64,000 bases of DNA. Origin: Trypanosoma brucei (taxonomy: Eukaryota). The position numbers and the translations under genes were made by a program. The notes beneath the pieces are model-generated. The model searched no databases, was not told where the DNA came from, and was given only the letters and a program-made list of their open reading frames with translations. Location: contig AE017150.2 of assembly GCA_000002445.1 (NCBI GenBank), positions 960,001-1,024,000 on the forward strand. Reading direction: 5' to 3'. The first letter of the stretch is position 1, and each line of letters opens with the position of its first letter. Positions 51,501 to 61,718 of this stretch are shown one piece after another.

Positions 51501-53083
51501 CAACAAAGGTGGTGGGGAGTGCGGTACAAGTGGAACCTGTGCTCGAGGCCGCTTTGATGGAGGCGAAAGATGCCTTTAAGGACAGTGGATATATTGTCTT
51601 CACGGCAGTGCTGAAGCAGGTAACCGCCGCTGATGTAAGCGTTTCGTCATTATTTGTCGTGAGCGCTCCCGACATGCAGCCGTTCGTGGATGCGCTGGAG
51701 AAAAAGGAGACGCATCCGCATGCATTGTTCGCGCACGCACTCCTGGGTCCGTGTTCGTGTGCCCTACTCGTCAGCTATCGGGATGTGGATGACAATGTAC
51801 TTAAGGCTCTTGACGCGCACCGTGAAATAACGCTGAAGAACAACAAGCAACCGGGTGGAAGCGTCAGAAAGTTTGTTGGCGTGGTGGAGCAGTCCATAAC
51901 GGCTGCTGAAGAGAAACTAAAGAGTGTGGATGATGCAAAGGAGAGGGAGCGACATGAGCAAGTCTTGCGCGACAAGAAACAGGCTCTGCACGACGCACAA
52001 AAACTTCTGGAAAAGCCCAACGAAACACAGCCCGTCGCGTACGTTCCGTCGATATCCCAGGAGTCCGGAGGGGCCGATTCCACTGTTCGCGTGGTCGCAG
52101 TCCTCACCGATAAACGTGATGGAAAGAAGCGCAATGTTATTGCCAAGGACAACGGGTTCACGATCAAAACTTCTGTGGAGGAAACGGAGTTCCCAGCTGA
52201 TGAGGTGGTGAGGCGCATAGGTCAGGCAGCGAAAATCCGTTCATCTTCGGTCGATTTTCTCATTGATCACTTTGTAAAGGGGTACAACGTCGCCCTCCTC
52301 ACGGCCGATGTCGATGGTTTCTCGACAGGAGAGAACCTGTTGGAACACACGGTCCGCAGCGTCTTCACGAAGAAAAATGCGGACGGAGAACTGTTTGTTG
52401 TGCTTGCTTCTATCAAGGCTGATTGCTGCTCAGCGAAGGATCTGCAACGCGATGGCGCTACGTACGACCAACTGCAGTGCGCTTCTTCACCACTGTTCGG
52501 GCCCTGTGTTGCTGATGCGAAGTTTGAACTTGCGACAACTCCGGATACGCTGCTGCGGAAAGTGAGGTCCGCCATTCAGGTATGCGAGGCAGACAAATCT
52601 ACGCTTTTGTGTCTTTTTGTTTACAAGGAGCGGAAGCCCGCGGATGGTGACGTCTTCCTGTCTTCATTTTTCTTTTTCCTAGCCGGGAGTAGAGTGGATA
52701 TTTACACTCAAGCTCTGGAGAAGCGTCAGAAGGAACGGGGTCTGTTCCAGTATGCGCTTGGTGGTCCATGCCTCACTGCCTTCGCCCTCGGTCTCTCGAC
52801 GAGTAACAGCGATGTTGAAACAGCCACAGCCTTCGTTAGGCTGGCAAAAAAAGTTCGCGGGAGTAAAATCGGCACCATCCGCACTGGTGGTATACAACGC
52901 TTTGTGGCCTTCTCGACAAAGGCCCTTGAACAACTACGCGTCTTGCAGGAGAAGGCACCGGAGAGTGACAGGGGGCGACTCAGAGAGAGCAGTACGAACG
53001 TGGAAAAGGTGCTTGCTGACGCAGAGGAACTCTTGCGCAACCCAGAAGGTCGTGCACCACCACTCTACAAGCAAGAGCGATAA
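48515..53083 (+). CDS. Pseudo-kinesin family protein, paralog 3 (right-arm copy)
   Basis: Mirror of 21617..26185. The ATG at 48515 follows the polypyrimidine tract at about 48402-48440. The translated product appears identical to the left copy in the ORF track. Confidence 0.85.
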   Translation: MMRKNLNSNDVSQPHSTTTLDTNPASYGTVRNPLHSVVGPTGYGAQPPISSPATWVNNHSAAFAAQGLGPHCGAPGGRPFPVVRGSTNRGDSYTELQCPVAGSGPTNPYGNRTAIDKLPGLEGGRFDCGGAGQRRGPLLGVSGDLYGVTGISNSTSRGNDRHNGSMYGTNPTYSKTSRTGSMYGMGSMYGRTSRIGSMYGMGSMYGRTSRTGSMYGMGSMYGRTSRIGSMYGRTSRIGSMYGRTSGTGSMYGMGSIYGMGSMYGRTSRTGSMYGPRMEYGPIYGVGGPMGSMYGPQMGYGPIYGVGGPTGSMYGPQMGYGPIYCVGPMYGRPSRTDSVYGPQMGHGPMYCVGGLLYNKAFQEGDPGRGPTVPKSAPCNSSTPSAGVTTKPDAEPDREEKEPRVTGGKKPTTFTNKGPAAETAKKPCDLDSGNGKVKHSPVAQVPPDNSVRTLMVVSSEAGPQVTIKEEERKVGVASSGEEVVYYEGDEVVHGDEITVEKSALLQMIVQQVELGHNTALILSDSTPQQTLSACVTTSVMKSILAALRKGETENGTKYEVLATAADVPTIATARDLLAVESEAVKIARYGSNPMLGACLMDLQETVLRDDADVDVFVQEALKKSSGTAALGVMHATLKQIRKTSSAAPTVYVSSFVCLFVKDGVEHLQDLLDMNGKVVPLPLAKSVLGGGSCVVAVVGASGKDVAVDAKILSNTAALRGVKNTPPRSGNVARFVEFAETQFTECKAAIERSKEAAERERHERTLRRLEIMLSDARKLLSDPEETRAKVYPPSRESVKNGSVENDGGNVRNGASIEDDRPSAATLAPAPASADSLTEPKEQEVIGAPAPAHTTEPWEKTAKIIVTAGSGPSNGTAEVVAGGEKKTDEVDEYIQRTGVRPVDSVIAKRMEGILTQGYNVALLSAEMVPDEVTGDQVTWSLVKAILKGALSKKDGVTNECTLQMSILRGDKVVLDLLGSSEKRQLVVARSPIFGVTVQGATTKVVGSAVQVEPVLEAALMEAKDAFKDSGYIVFTAVLKQVTAADVSVSSLFVVSAPDMQPFVDALEKKETHPHALFAHALLGPCSCALLVSYRDVDDNVLKALDAHREITLKNNKQPGGSVRKFVGVVEQSITAAEEKLKSVDDAKERERHEQVLRDKKQALHDAQKLLEKPNETQPVAYVPSISQESGGADSTVRVVAVLTDKRDGKKRNVIAKDNGFTIKTSVEETEFPADEVVRRIGQAAKIRSSSVDFLIDHFVKGYNVALLTADVDGFSTGENLLEHTVRSVFTKKNADGELFVVLASIKADCCSAKDLQRDGATYDQLQCASSPLFGPCVADAKFELATTPDTLLRKVRSAIQVCEADKSTLLCLFVYKERKPADGDVFLSSFFFFLAGSRVDIYTQALEKRQKERGLFQYALGGPCLTAFALGLSTSNSDVETATAFVRLAKKVRGSKIGTIRTGGIQRFVAFSTKALEQLRVLQEKAPESDRGRLRESSTNVEKVLADAEELLRNPEGRAPPLYKQER
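49000..49600 (+). repeat. Coding minisatellite in paralog 3 (right copy)
   Basis: Mirror of 25100-25700. Confidence 0.85.
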
Positions 53084-55114
53084 TCTTCATGCGTGTGGGT
53101 TAGGAAGCATATTATCATTGTACACGACTGGACACGCTTTTCTGGGGGTGGCATCCGTTGACCCAGCAGAAAAAGTGGTGTCTGTCAATTGCATCGTTAG
53201 AAAGTATGTTTGTACTTGCGCTATTATTATTATTATTATTTTGTGATTAGTACTAATTATCCTGAAGTGTGTAAAGAAAGGCTATTAAATTTCAGAGGAC
53301 ACCAATTCTCGATACTGTGCAGAAGTGCGAGTCGTGCTGAAATCTGCACTTGTTGGTGTGACGAAAGTAGTGGTGCCTGTTGAGCGGCGTTACACTCCGT
53401 TCAGACGCATCGCCAACCTACTTTTTCCTTTCTGTTCGTCACGTATGTTTTTCCACCTTTCCTTTTTCTTTGCACGTGGGGGGAGCGGATTAAACACGTG
53501 TCAATATTAAAATAACTCCATGAATGAAGCGGTGAGGTTGGGGGTTGTATCCGTGCGTCTGTGAGGGGTGTAATCAAAAGTGTCACAAGACTCTTTTCCC
53601 ACTGGTCTACTGCATTTGGCAGAATAATTCTTGTTTCTAACAAAGTAGGCAGATGCGATCAAAGATCAGCCCTCTGTCCGCTTTAGTTATTTGTTACTTT
53701 TTCTCTTTGTGTTTCATTTATCGCTTTGTTATTTTTATTCTCCTGCGGAGGCTCCTCCTCATGTGTCACGTCACATTGATTCTTTTCGTGAGGGTCGAAG
53801 CGGACGCGGCAGGCAGGTTGGGCGCAAGCCCCTCATCCTTTCGTCTGAGCAGCACCATGCGACTGTTTAATATGAAACAGTAAGTGATGAAAACGACGAA
53901 GAAGTTCCACCGAGTATGACAATTGTAGCAGCAGTCCTTCCCAATACCGAGTTTTATTTTTCACGGAATTTCGCGTCCGTTGTTTTACCAGTTATTTTAT
54001 TATTCCTCCCTCTGCTGTACTGTACATTCCCTGCTGTTTTTTTTTCCTTACTTCATTATCCTCTTTCTTTTTGCCCTGCAATATGTGTAGACAGTGGGTC
54101 TGCCGTCGGCATGCTGATGAGAGACCCGCTCTGCACTCGTATTATTTGTTTATTTTTTCGTTGGGAGTTACACAATTATCCTCAGTGTGTTGTTTTTGAT
54201 TATTTGTTTTTACATCCCCGTGGTAGTGTTGGTGATCCATTGGGGTGCATCCTGCACGCCTGACGGATGTGTATGTTTTCCACTCCATTACGCGCCCTTC
54301 GCTTCGAAGCTGGGCAAAGTGACTATGTTTCCCTCTTCCTTCCTCTACCACTCCTTCACCACGGCAGTCCCGCAGCTGCAATTCAAAGGCTCACGCTAGT
54401 CGATTACAGATCAGAGGACGCTCCGTAATGCTTCTTATGCAAAACTGAGTCCTTCGCAGGTCAACACCTGGCTGACTTGCAAATGCGATGTTTTGCTGGT
54501 GTGCAGTTGCATCTGCGCTAGTCACCGTGTTATCCCTGTGCCCAAACTGCGTGTGTGAACGGTAAAGAATCATGTTGGCAGGGAAACAAACATAGTAGTG
54601 CAGGGGCAGTGCGGTCCGAGGGATGTGTGAGTACTTGTTAATCTGTCCTCGCTCCCACAACTGTATAAATGTTCCTTCTTATCCGTCGAAGAGGTGTGTG
54701 GATAAGCGATTAGGGGGGGGGTGTGGAAGGAAATGTTTATGTTAAGTGGTACTTTCTCATCTTGGGCATCGTCTGCCTGTCGTTCCTCCCTTCCTATAAA
54801 CCCCCTCCGCCTGCTCGTAGTTGATATTGTGTACCTCTTACATGAGCATTGTTATCATGTGTTGCCCGTCGTCTCATCCCTGTTTTATGCTAGTTAGGTT
54901 GCTAACCTGAGGAAAGCACTGTTGTTACACCGCCGCCACCACCACTGCATACATTCAGGGAGCCTACATTAGAGGCGAACCTGCGCGTAGTAAGAGCGGA
55001 AAGCGAGTGGTCAAACAAGTGAAGATAATATACCTGACTGAAAGGCACTGTAACTGCAGAAGTTGGAAAAAGGGGCGGGACTGTGCGCAACAACAGCACC
55101 GTACGTGTGCTCCG

Positions 55115-55759
55115 ATGCTTCCGCACTCTCAGCCGCTGGTGCTCCCAATGGAACCCTCCAACTGGGCAGTGATGCCTCCGACGGGGGTGGAAATGCCCAT
55201 GGAGCCCGGAACGTTTGAAGATATCTCGACAGCGGGTTGGATAGGCCCTCGCCGGAGGTCGTTCTGCGGACCCCAGACGGAGGAAGAGTGGGAAGACCTG
55301 ATGATTCACCGCAGCTCCTTAAGACGTGAGAGTGGCCAAGGCACCGGAGTCGGGCTATCCGGGTCGGGCTGCCTTCTGGGAACAGATGATCCTGACCGTG
55401 ACGTTCTGTGTGAGTATTACGGTGACATGGCAAACCGAGACGAGAAGGTGCTCAGTTGTGGCCTGCGCGGTCAAGAAGGCCGAAGGGTATTGGGAAATAA
55501 ACCACTGCGGCAACGGCCCAATGGTCCAATGCGCGAGCGAACCAACTACGGATCACTGGCTAGTCGCCGTCAGCGGGTAATGGAGGAAGGTGGGGTGTGG
55601 GGCGACGTCGAGGTGTGCTGCGTCCCAGTCGAGCCGTGGCACCCAATGGACATGGTGTGCCTGGGAGAAGAAAGGCCCGAAGATGTGTGCGTGCTGCGGC
55701 AGACGGACACAGAGTTATATGGCACTGGGCGGGCCTTCGCGACCGATGGGAAGCCATAA
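55115..55759 (+). CDS. Hypothetical protein of about 214 aa (right-arm copy)
   Basis: Mirror of 18941..19585. The ATG at 55115 was checked. Confidence 0.35.
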   Translation: MLPHSQPLVLPMEPSNWAVMPPTGVEMPMEPGTFEDISTAGWIGPRRRSFCGPQTEEEWEDLMIHRSSLRRESGQGTGVGLSGSGCLLGTDDPDRDVLCEYYGDMANRDEKVLSCGLRGQEGRRVLGNKPLRQRPNGPMRERTNYGSLASRRQRVMEEGGVWGDVEVCCVPVEPWHPMDMVCLGEERPEDVCVLRQTDTELYGTGRAFATDGKP

Positions 55760-56622
55760 GTAAGTAGTGAATGACGGCTATTTTCCAGACCGCCTCCCCA
55801 GGAGGTTTGAAGTATAGGAAGGGCACAACGACCGTTGCACGTACAGAGGCTCTGAGGTAAGCGATAGGTCATATGCGTCCGTGTTTGCGTGTGTACTCGT
55901 CTCGGTAGGACCGTTGGGGAGTTGTCGACGGACCCTGTGGCTAGTTTAGAGGTGTGCTCACAACCAGTTAACAGTAGTGCAAAAGAAGGTGAATTCCTGC
56001 AGCAGGAAGTTATACATGCGAATGATGGGCTAGTAACGTACAGTGATTGACATGAACGGGTGGTAGTTGGGGAGGGGGGGGGGGTTGCTGTACTGTGGTG
56101 CCAAACACCCTGGTGTTTCCTGGCATATCTATTACCCTACACACCGCTCCCTTGTTGTGTTTCTTCTGCACTTTCAAACATACAACGAGTGCCACCAAGT
56201 ACTGCCTATGGGGGCGTTCTCCTGTATGTAGCGCCATACCCTTCGCATATTGATTTCCTTCGACCCAAAATTCTCATCGCGTTTGTACATAACCCTTTTA
56301 TACGTCTCTTCCTTTATTAACATTACCAGGGAGGACGGTGGTTTGTGCTATTAATTGTGCCTTCTTGTGATTATTTATTTATTTATTGTGAAATGACTGC
56401 AGCCTGTTGCAACTACGTTGCTTATGGTGAGCTTCGCAGCTATATCAAGAGGTGTTTGAGTCGAGTGGAAGCGAATCCTCTGAACCAATCACTATACAGC
56501 CAGCTGCCCATAGTTAGGGAATTAAGTGGATTGACCATTGCTCCAGATGTTAGTGCCGTCCACCTAGTGATGTCTACTGCCTTTCTTTCGGAACCCTTTC
56601 CATTTGCTATTTCTATCAATAC

Positions 56623-56664
<42 letters not shown>

Positions 56665-57356
56665 TATTCTCCCCCTCTTTTCTTCCCCATTGTACGTGCG
56701 TATTCCCATGTATTGGTTTCTTTGATTCGAGTTGTCCCGTTTTACTTCCCTTTTTTATTCAGCGTATTTTTAGGGTTAAAACGCTACCGAGCGTGTGGTG
56801 GTAAACTTTACTCTCCCAGTTGCGTGCTCACTGACCGTCGGGCATTGTTTTCATGTGCTGCTCAACTTTATCGCTTCCTGTTGATCTCTTTTCCCGGTAC
56901 CTTCTCTCATAGTATCGTTATGGTTAGGGAAGTCAAACAAGCGTCTCATTATACACCATCGGGGTGGACCGGAAGTGCTTGCTTTGTGTGATACACTGAA
57001 ACAACAATTCAACCCAGTATCACTGGTTGGGGCGCATTTCAACGTAACAGCGTCCGCTGCTCGACTTGTTGCAACCTACGGGCTGTACAACAGGTCCCGT
57101 CACTACGCAGCGAGTTGCCCTATCCCCTCCTTCTACTGGTCTTGTGTGATTAGAATGTTCATGGTCATCATACCGTTTGTAGGGCTGTGATGCCATCACG
57201 GTTGTGTGGCCGTGGACAGCGGCACTGTGTTAAACTCCACGGCCCACTCGTTACCCCGCTGTGCGTAGTGAAATGGTTTGTCGTTACCTTCCGCTATGGT
57301 TGTGCGTACTGTGGTTATCAATGATGGGCTTGCCACTGAATCACACAGATATGAAA

Positions 57357-57407
57357 GGATTTTTGCGATTTTTTTCTCTTCCCTCTTCCATATTTTGGTT
57401 TACTCCG
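57357..57407 (+). promoter_or_regulatory. Candidate polypyrimidine tract upstream of paralog 2 (right copy). The mirror is at 17305-17355 on the minus strand.
   Basis: gatttttttctcttccctcttccatattttggtttactcc about 100 nt upstream of the ATG at 57505. Confidence 0.45.
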
Positions 57408-57504
57408 TACAAACAAGGAGTGAGATTGTAAGGCAAATTTCCGTGTGACACGAGGAAGTTGTGTAAGCCACCCAGGTTTGGCCACGTGCTGATAAGCATT
57501 TGTA

Positions 57505-59799
57505 ATGTCCACGGTACAGGCAGCCGCCGCCGCACCAACAGGATCGATCCTTCAGTGCAGAAGTTCAGCACCGAAGTCGAAGATGGGAGAGAATGAGGAA
57601 AAACGTGGTGGCGCGAGCGAAGGAACTACACACACACAGAACCTTGTAACCGTTGACACTGCTCAGACCTCCCAACCATCCGCCACTCGACCACCAGCCC
57701 CCACGAGCGGCTTGGGTCAGGTGATCCCGATCTCACCACCGAATGGTCAATTGGGCAGCCGCAACACCGTACCACCTCAAAGACAGGGGTTGTTCCAGGG
57801 ACAGGGAGTCATGGGAAACATGCAGGAGCCTGCCGCAGGAGGGGGTGCCTATTGGGGGACAATGGGCGGGTATACGTATGGTGTCGCGCCGACGGGGTCT
57901 GCATCTAACGCATTTTATCCATCAGCAAGAAATGGAGGCTGTGTCTTCCCACCGCTGCAGGGGAGGATGGCCGGCTACCCCCCAGCTGTTCCGCCGCCGC
58001 CGAGTTTGTTTCAAGGGCAGTTTCCCTCCGGGGGCAGAGGGATTGTCGCCACTGGTTGTGGGGCACGGAGTGTGTGTGGATACGCTCTCGACGGGTTTGC
58101 GCGTGGCGGACGCGTGCGTCAACATACCACGGGAACGAGCGCACATGAGGGGGCAGTGTGTGAAAGTGTGCACGGACCTGCTCTGGGTGACGTGTCCAAC
58201 CCCCTCCCTTACTCAGTGTATGGGGAGGGTCATGCTTTTCCGTCGTTGCCAGGGAGGCTTGCTGGGCACTTGCCTCAACGGAGGAACTCATTCCAGCAGC
58301 AAGGGTCATTCCATAGCCAAAGGGAGCTCGGTGACCTGCATGCATCCGCCGCGGGAGAAAGTATCTATGGTGGATGTGGTTACGCCCTCAGTTTTCGTTG
58401 CTTTGTTCCCGGAACCTCAGACACGGGAGTATGTGGCTCAGCGGTGCATGATTCTTCTTATGGGAACCGTAATGGTATCTCACAGATGGGGAGCATATAT
58501 GGCAACGGAGTGGGTCGTGTGCCATCACCATTGAGGACCAGTTTGTGCCCCGTCATCGCAACCATCAAGGACCACGTGCCGCTGCAGAGAAGTGGACTGC
58601 GTGGTGGGAATGTTGTAGCCGTCGGGGCGGCCAAATGTGGTGGTGAGGGCCGGTCTGCGGATGAGCTGAAACCTGTGCTGGCTTCCCCTGGGAGATCCCT
58701 TGCTTCCCAGAGTGAGTGTTCCCCTGCCGGTGATGACTCGAGTGCACAGACCCTTGTACTCGAAAACTACAACATTCACTCGCTCGTCATTCTCGATAAG
58801 GATGAGGGACCCTCAGATAAGGTAGTTGTGACTGTGAAGGACCCTCGGACGGTGGTCTTCAGACGGAGCGATGGGGGAGAAGAGGAGCATGTTAACGATG
58901 AGTGCCTTGAGCGTAGCGAGGCGTCGGCATATGTGAACTCTGTGTTACTCAACGACCTCCGACTGAACTGGATAGCTGGCCGTACCTCTGCACTGCTTGT
59001 GGGGGCTGGGAGGAACTGTGGAGATACATCGGTGACTTTTGCGGGTGATTTTCTCCAAAGGTGCCTTGAGAGTGTGGAAGGCGCCAAGGAGAAGTGCAAG
59101 TATTTCGACGTAACTATAACGCTGGGTATGATGGAATCCTCTGACCGCATTCTTGATCTCCTCGACACTGAGAAGAAAGGCTACGAAAGGGTGCAGCTTG
59201 CATCCAATCCCGTGTACGGGCCGTGTTTGCTTGGGATGAAAACGAAGAAGGCAACCTCCTCTAAGGAGTGTATGGAGGTGTTTAACAGTGCTATGCAACT
59301 CGTTGATAATCCAAAGCACCTCATCGTCGGTTTTTTCGTCCTGAAACAACTGAAGAAAACTGCCAACGGTGGGGATGTATACCTCTCTTCGTTATGCATT
59401 GGGCTCGCTAAGGAAGAGGTCTCGCGGTTTGCCGCGTTGAAGGAGAAGGACACGTCCGAGCCACACCGGCTGTTCCGATACGCGATCGGTGGCGGCAGTG
59501 TTACAGTTTCCACCCTGATTCTCTCTCAATGTGACACGGGCGCTAGCGACAGTCTCGACGTCGAACGCAGGATGCGGGAAGTGAAAAACACTCCACCGCG
59601 GATCGGTAGTGTGCTTCGGTGTGTGGAATCAGCGAAAAAGGAGATAAACAGACAGCAGGAGAAGATGAAGGATATGGACAGCACCGGGAAGGAGCCCACG
59701 GCGAGACTGGTAAGCCGTATGGAGTCGATAGTAAGGGATGCGGAGGAGATGCTGGCTAATCCGATTACCACAGCGCCCAAGGGATACCTCATTGTTTAA
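57505..59799 (+). CDS. Pseudo-kinesin family protein, paralog 2 (764 aa, right-arm copy)
   Basis: Mirror of 14913..17207. The one visible amino-acid difference is K5 versus Q5. Confidence 0.8.
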   Translation: MSTVQAAAAAPTGSILQCRSSAPKSKMGENEEKRGGASEGTTHTQNLVTVDTAQTSQPSATRPPAPTSGLGQVIPISPPNGQLGSRNTVPPQRQGLFQGQGVMGNMQEPAAGGGAYWGTMGGYTYGVAPTGSASNAFYPSARNGGCVFPPLQGRMAGYPPAVPPPPSLFQGQFPSGGRGIVATGCGARSVCGYALDGFARGGRVRQHTTGTSAHEGAVCESVHGPALGDVSNPLPYSVYGEGHAFPSLPGRLAGHLPQRRNSFQQQGSFHSQRELGDLHASAAGESIYGGCGYALSFRCFVPGTSDTGVCGSAVHDSSYGNRNGISQMGSIYGNGVGRVPSPLRTSLCPVIATIKDHVPLQRSGLRGGNVVAVGAAKCGGEGRSADELKPVLASPGRSLASQSECSPAGDDSSAQTLVLENYNIHSLVILDKDEGPSDKVVVTVKDPRTVVFRRSDGGEEEHVNDECLERSEASAYVNSVLLNDLRLNWIAGRTSALLVGAGRNCGDTSVTFAGDFLQRCLESVEGAKEKCKYFDVTITLGMMESSDRILDLLDTEKKGYERVQLASNPVYGPCLLGMKTKKATSSKECMEVFNSAMQLVDNPKHLIVGFFVLKQLKKTANGGDVYLSSLCIGLAKEEVSRFAALKEKDTSEPHRLFRYAIGGGSVTVSTLILSQCDTGASDSLDVERRMREVKNTPPRIGSVLRCVESAKKEINRQQEKMKDMDSTGKEPTARLVSRMESIVRDAEEMLANPITTAPKGYLIV

Positions 59800-61718
59800 G
59801 TTTCACTCCACCCGCATTCATAGGCGGCAAATGAGAACAGGGTTGAGGCCCAAACAAGTGTTAGTAGGTGGATGTGCGTATGTGTTCGTTCGTTGCTGCA
59901 TTAAGCAAAGCGAACTAGTGTGCACGCGCGGAGGCGAAATCGTAGGAGTCGCGAGAGTTAGATTCACCACAATCTTTGAACTTTCTGGTGACGCAAACCA
60001 GTGTCCACAGTAGGAACTATTTCGGTGCTGTCGTGACCAACTGCGCTGTGCACGCGAGTCCCATTTTCTTGGGTGTTGATAACTTTTGCGCGCTTGCCGT
60101 ATAAGGAGGTAGCGCACGCAAACAAGAAAGAATGAAAACGAAGGTCCAAATTCCAGGGTCGGTAGGCATTATTTATGTTTTCAAAGGGGTTTATGGGTGT
60201 ATACCGAATACCAAACTACCGTTCGCGGCGCTCAGGCCCTCGCTGCGGTCCTCACAACAGCACCCACGGGGGATCTGTGTGTAGACCCGTGTGGTGCCGA
60301 AACGAATGAACGAAATGTCGTCTTCCTCATATATATATATATATATATTACCTTGCAAAGCTGGGTTTGCTATATTCTGTTCTATTTTTAGTTCATGCTT
60401 GAGTATGTTAACTGCCCTTCCCCGTAGGACTTTGTTTTGTTTTGTATTTGCCTATAATGGAGGGTCCAATCGTCCAGTGCTTGGGGATGGAAGAGGATAT
60501 TTTATTTTGTACAAACTTTCTTCACAGTCATTCCTTTATGCACAAGGACTCATAGTAGCTGCTGCAGTCAGATGGCTGGCACCATTGTGGGCGCTAAAGC
60601 CCTTCATCGTTATTCCATTAATTAATCTATTTTTTTTATTTTTGTTTCTCCTCTCTGCCTGATGAGGCTCAATTGTGCCGGTACATCTTTCAATTTGTTG
60701 TTTGTCCCAATCATAACCCACGCGTGGGGTACCGTCATTCGCGTGTTTGGGAAAAAATGCAGTGTTTTATTCGACCATGTCAGACTCGCTGGGATTGAGC
60801 CGATGCTAGCGTATACTGGAGCTCCTGTAATGTGACCTCGCGACTCTCTTCCCTTTCCTCATCTTAACGGTAGACAAGGTCCTGTCAAAGCTGGCAGGCT
60901 CACGAAGGCAAGGTGTGGGTTCCGTTGGTTACATGCGCATAAGCAACTTTGTAAATTTTGTATTTTTTGCAGTGCGCTTGTGTGCGAAGCTTTCACATGT
61001 ATGTACGTTTAGTCACTTCTTCGTCGGTTTGCACTAGGTAGTAATTGGTGCAGATCTCTAGCTTTGCTGGGTGTGGAGGTGTTTCTACGAAAGGAATGTG
61101 TTAAAACAATTTTACAATTAATTTCTCCTTTGTTATTTAAAGGAAAGGAACTACTCTATTTTTCACGTGCAGATGCAGTGATCACAATCGAAATGTAATG
61201 TTGTAGGGGGAAAGGAGGGGCTTCCTTCAAAAAGTGAGCAATCGGGGTGTTGGTCTTGTCATCACTTGAATGAAGATTGGCCGCTGTCCTTATTTATTGT
61301 CGGTAACGAGGAGATTGTGTGGCACCCTTTTTTGCAACATATATTTACGTATTTGAGCTGTTTCTAGTGGCGTATGAGCGAGGTGAGTAAGAGTTTTCCT
61401 GAACGGGAGATACGGGAATGGAAATTGTGAGGTTGATGCTTGTTATCTTCTGTCCTCGTAGTTGTTCGCAATTGGTTCTCTTTAAGGCGGTAACTGTGTA
61501 TGTGTCCGTTTGTTTGTCTGACGTCTTTCTGACTCTTCCACTGCCGTAGGAAAGGAACGGGAAATATATACTTTAGTAAATAGATATCACTCTTTAACCG
61601 GTAAGGCGTCGGCTGTATCACTGTACGTCCCCAAAGGCACAGTTACTGGGGAAGGAAATAAGCACCACTCTTGAGAGGAAGAGGCCCATCAACAGCAAAT
61701 ATTTGTGGTACTGCGACC

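Larger units (their letters stand above)
37422..60952. repeat. Right arm of the giant inverted repeat (about 23.5 kb)
   Basis: See left arm. Outer boundary: the shared ...gcaactttgtaaa then diverges inside an A/T tract near 60952. Confidence 0.95.

Noticed and set aside
13752-60952. Interpretation of the palindrome as purely a chimeric fold-back read artefact
   Set aside because: Not fully excluded. It is disfavoured because the arms differ by true substitutions as well as microsatellite lengths, the repeat is flanked by unique gene-bearing sequence on both sides, the unique 135 bp spacer is typical of biological hairpin-mediated palindromes, and gene orientation around the centre is coherent with a divergent strand-switch region. 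Kept as the top finding with explicit refutation tests.
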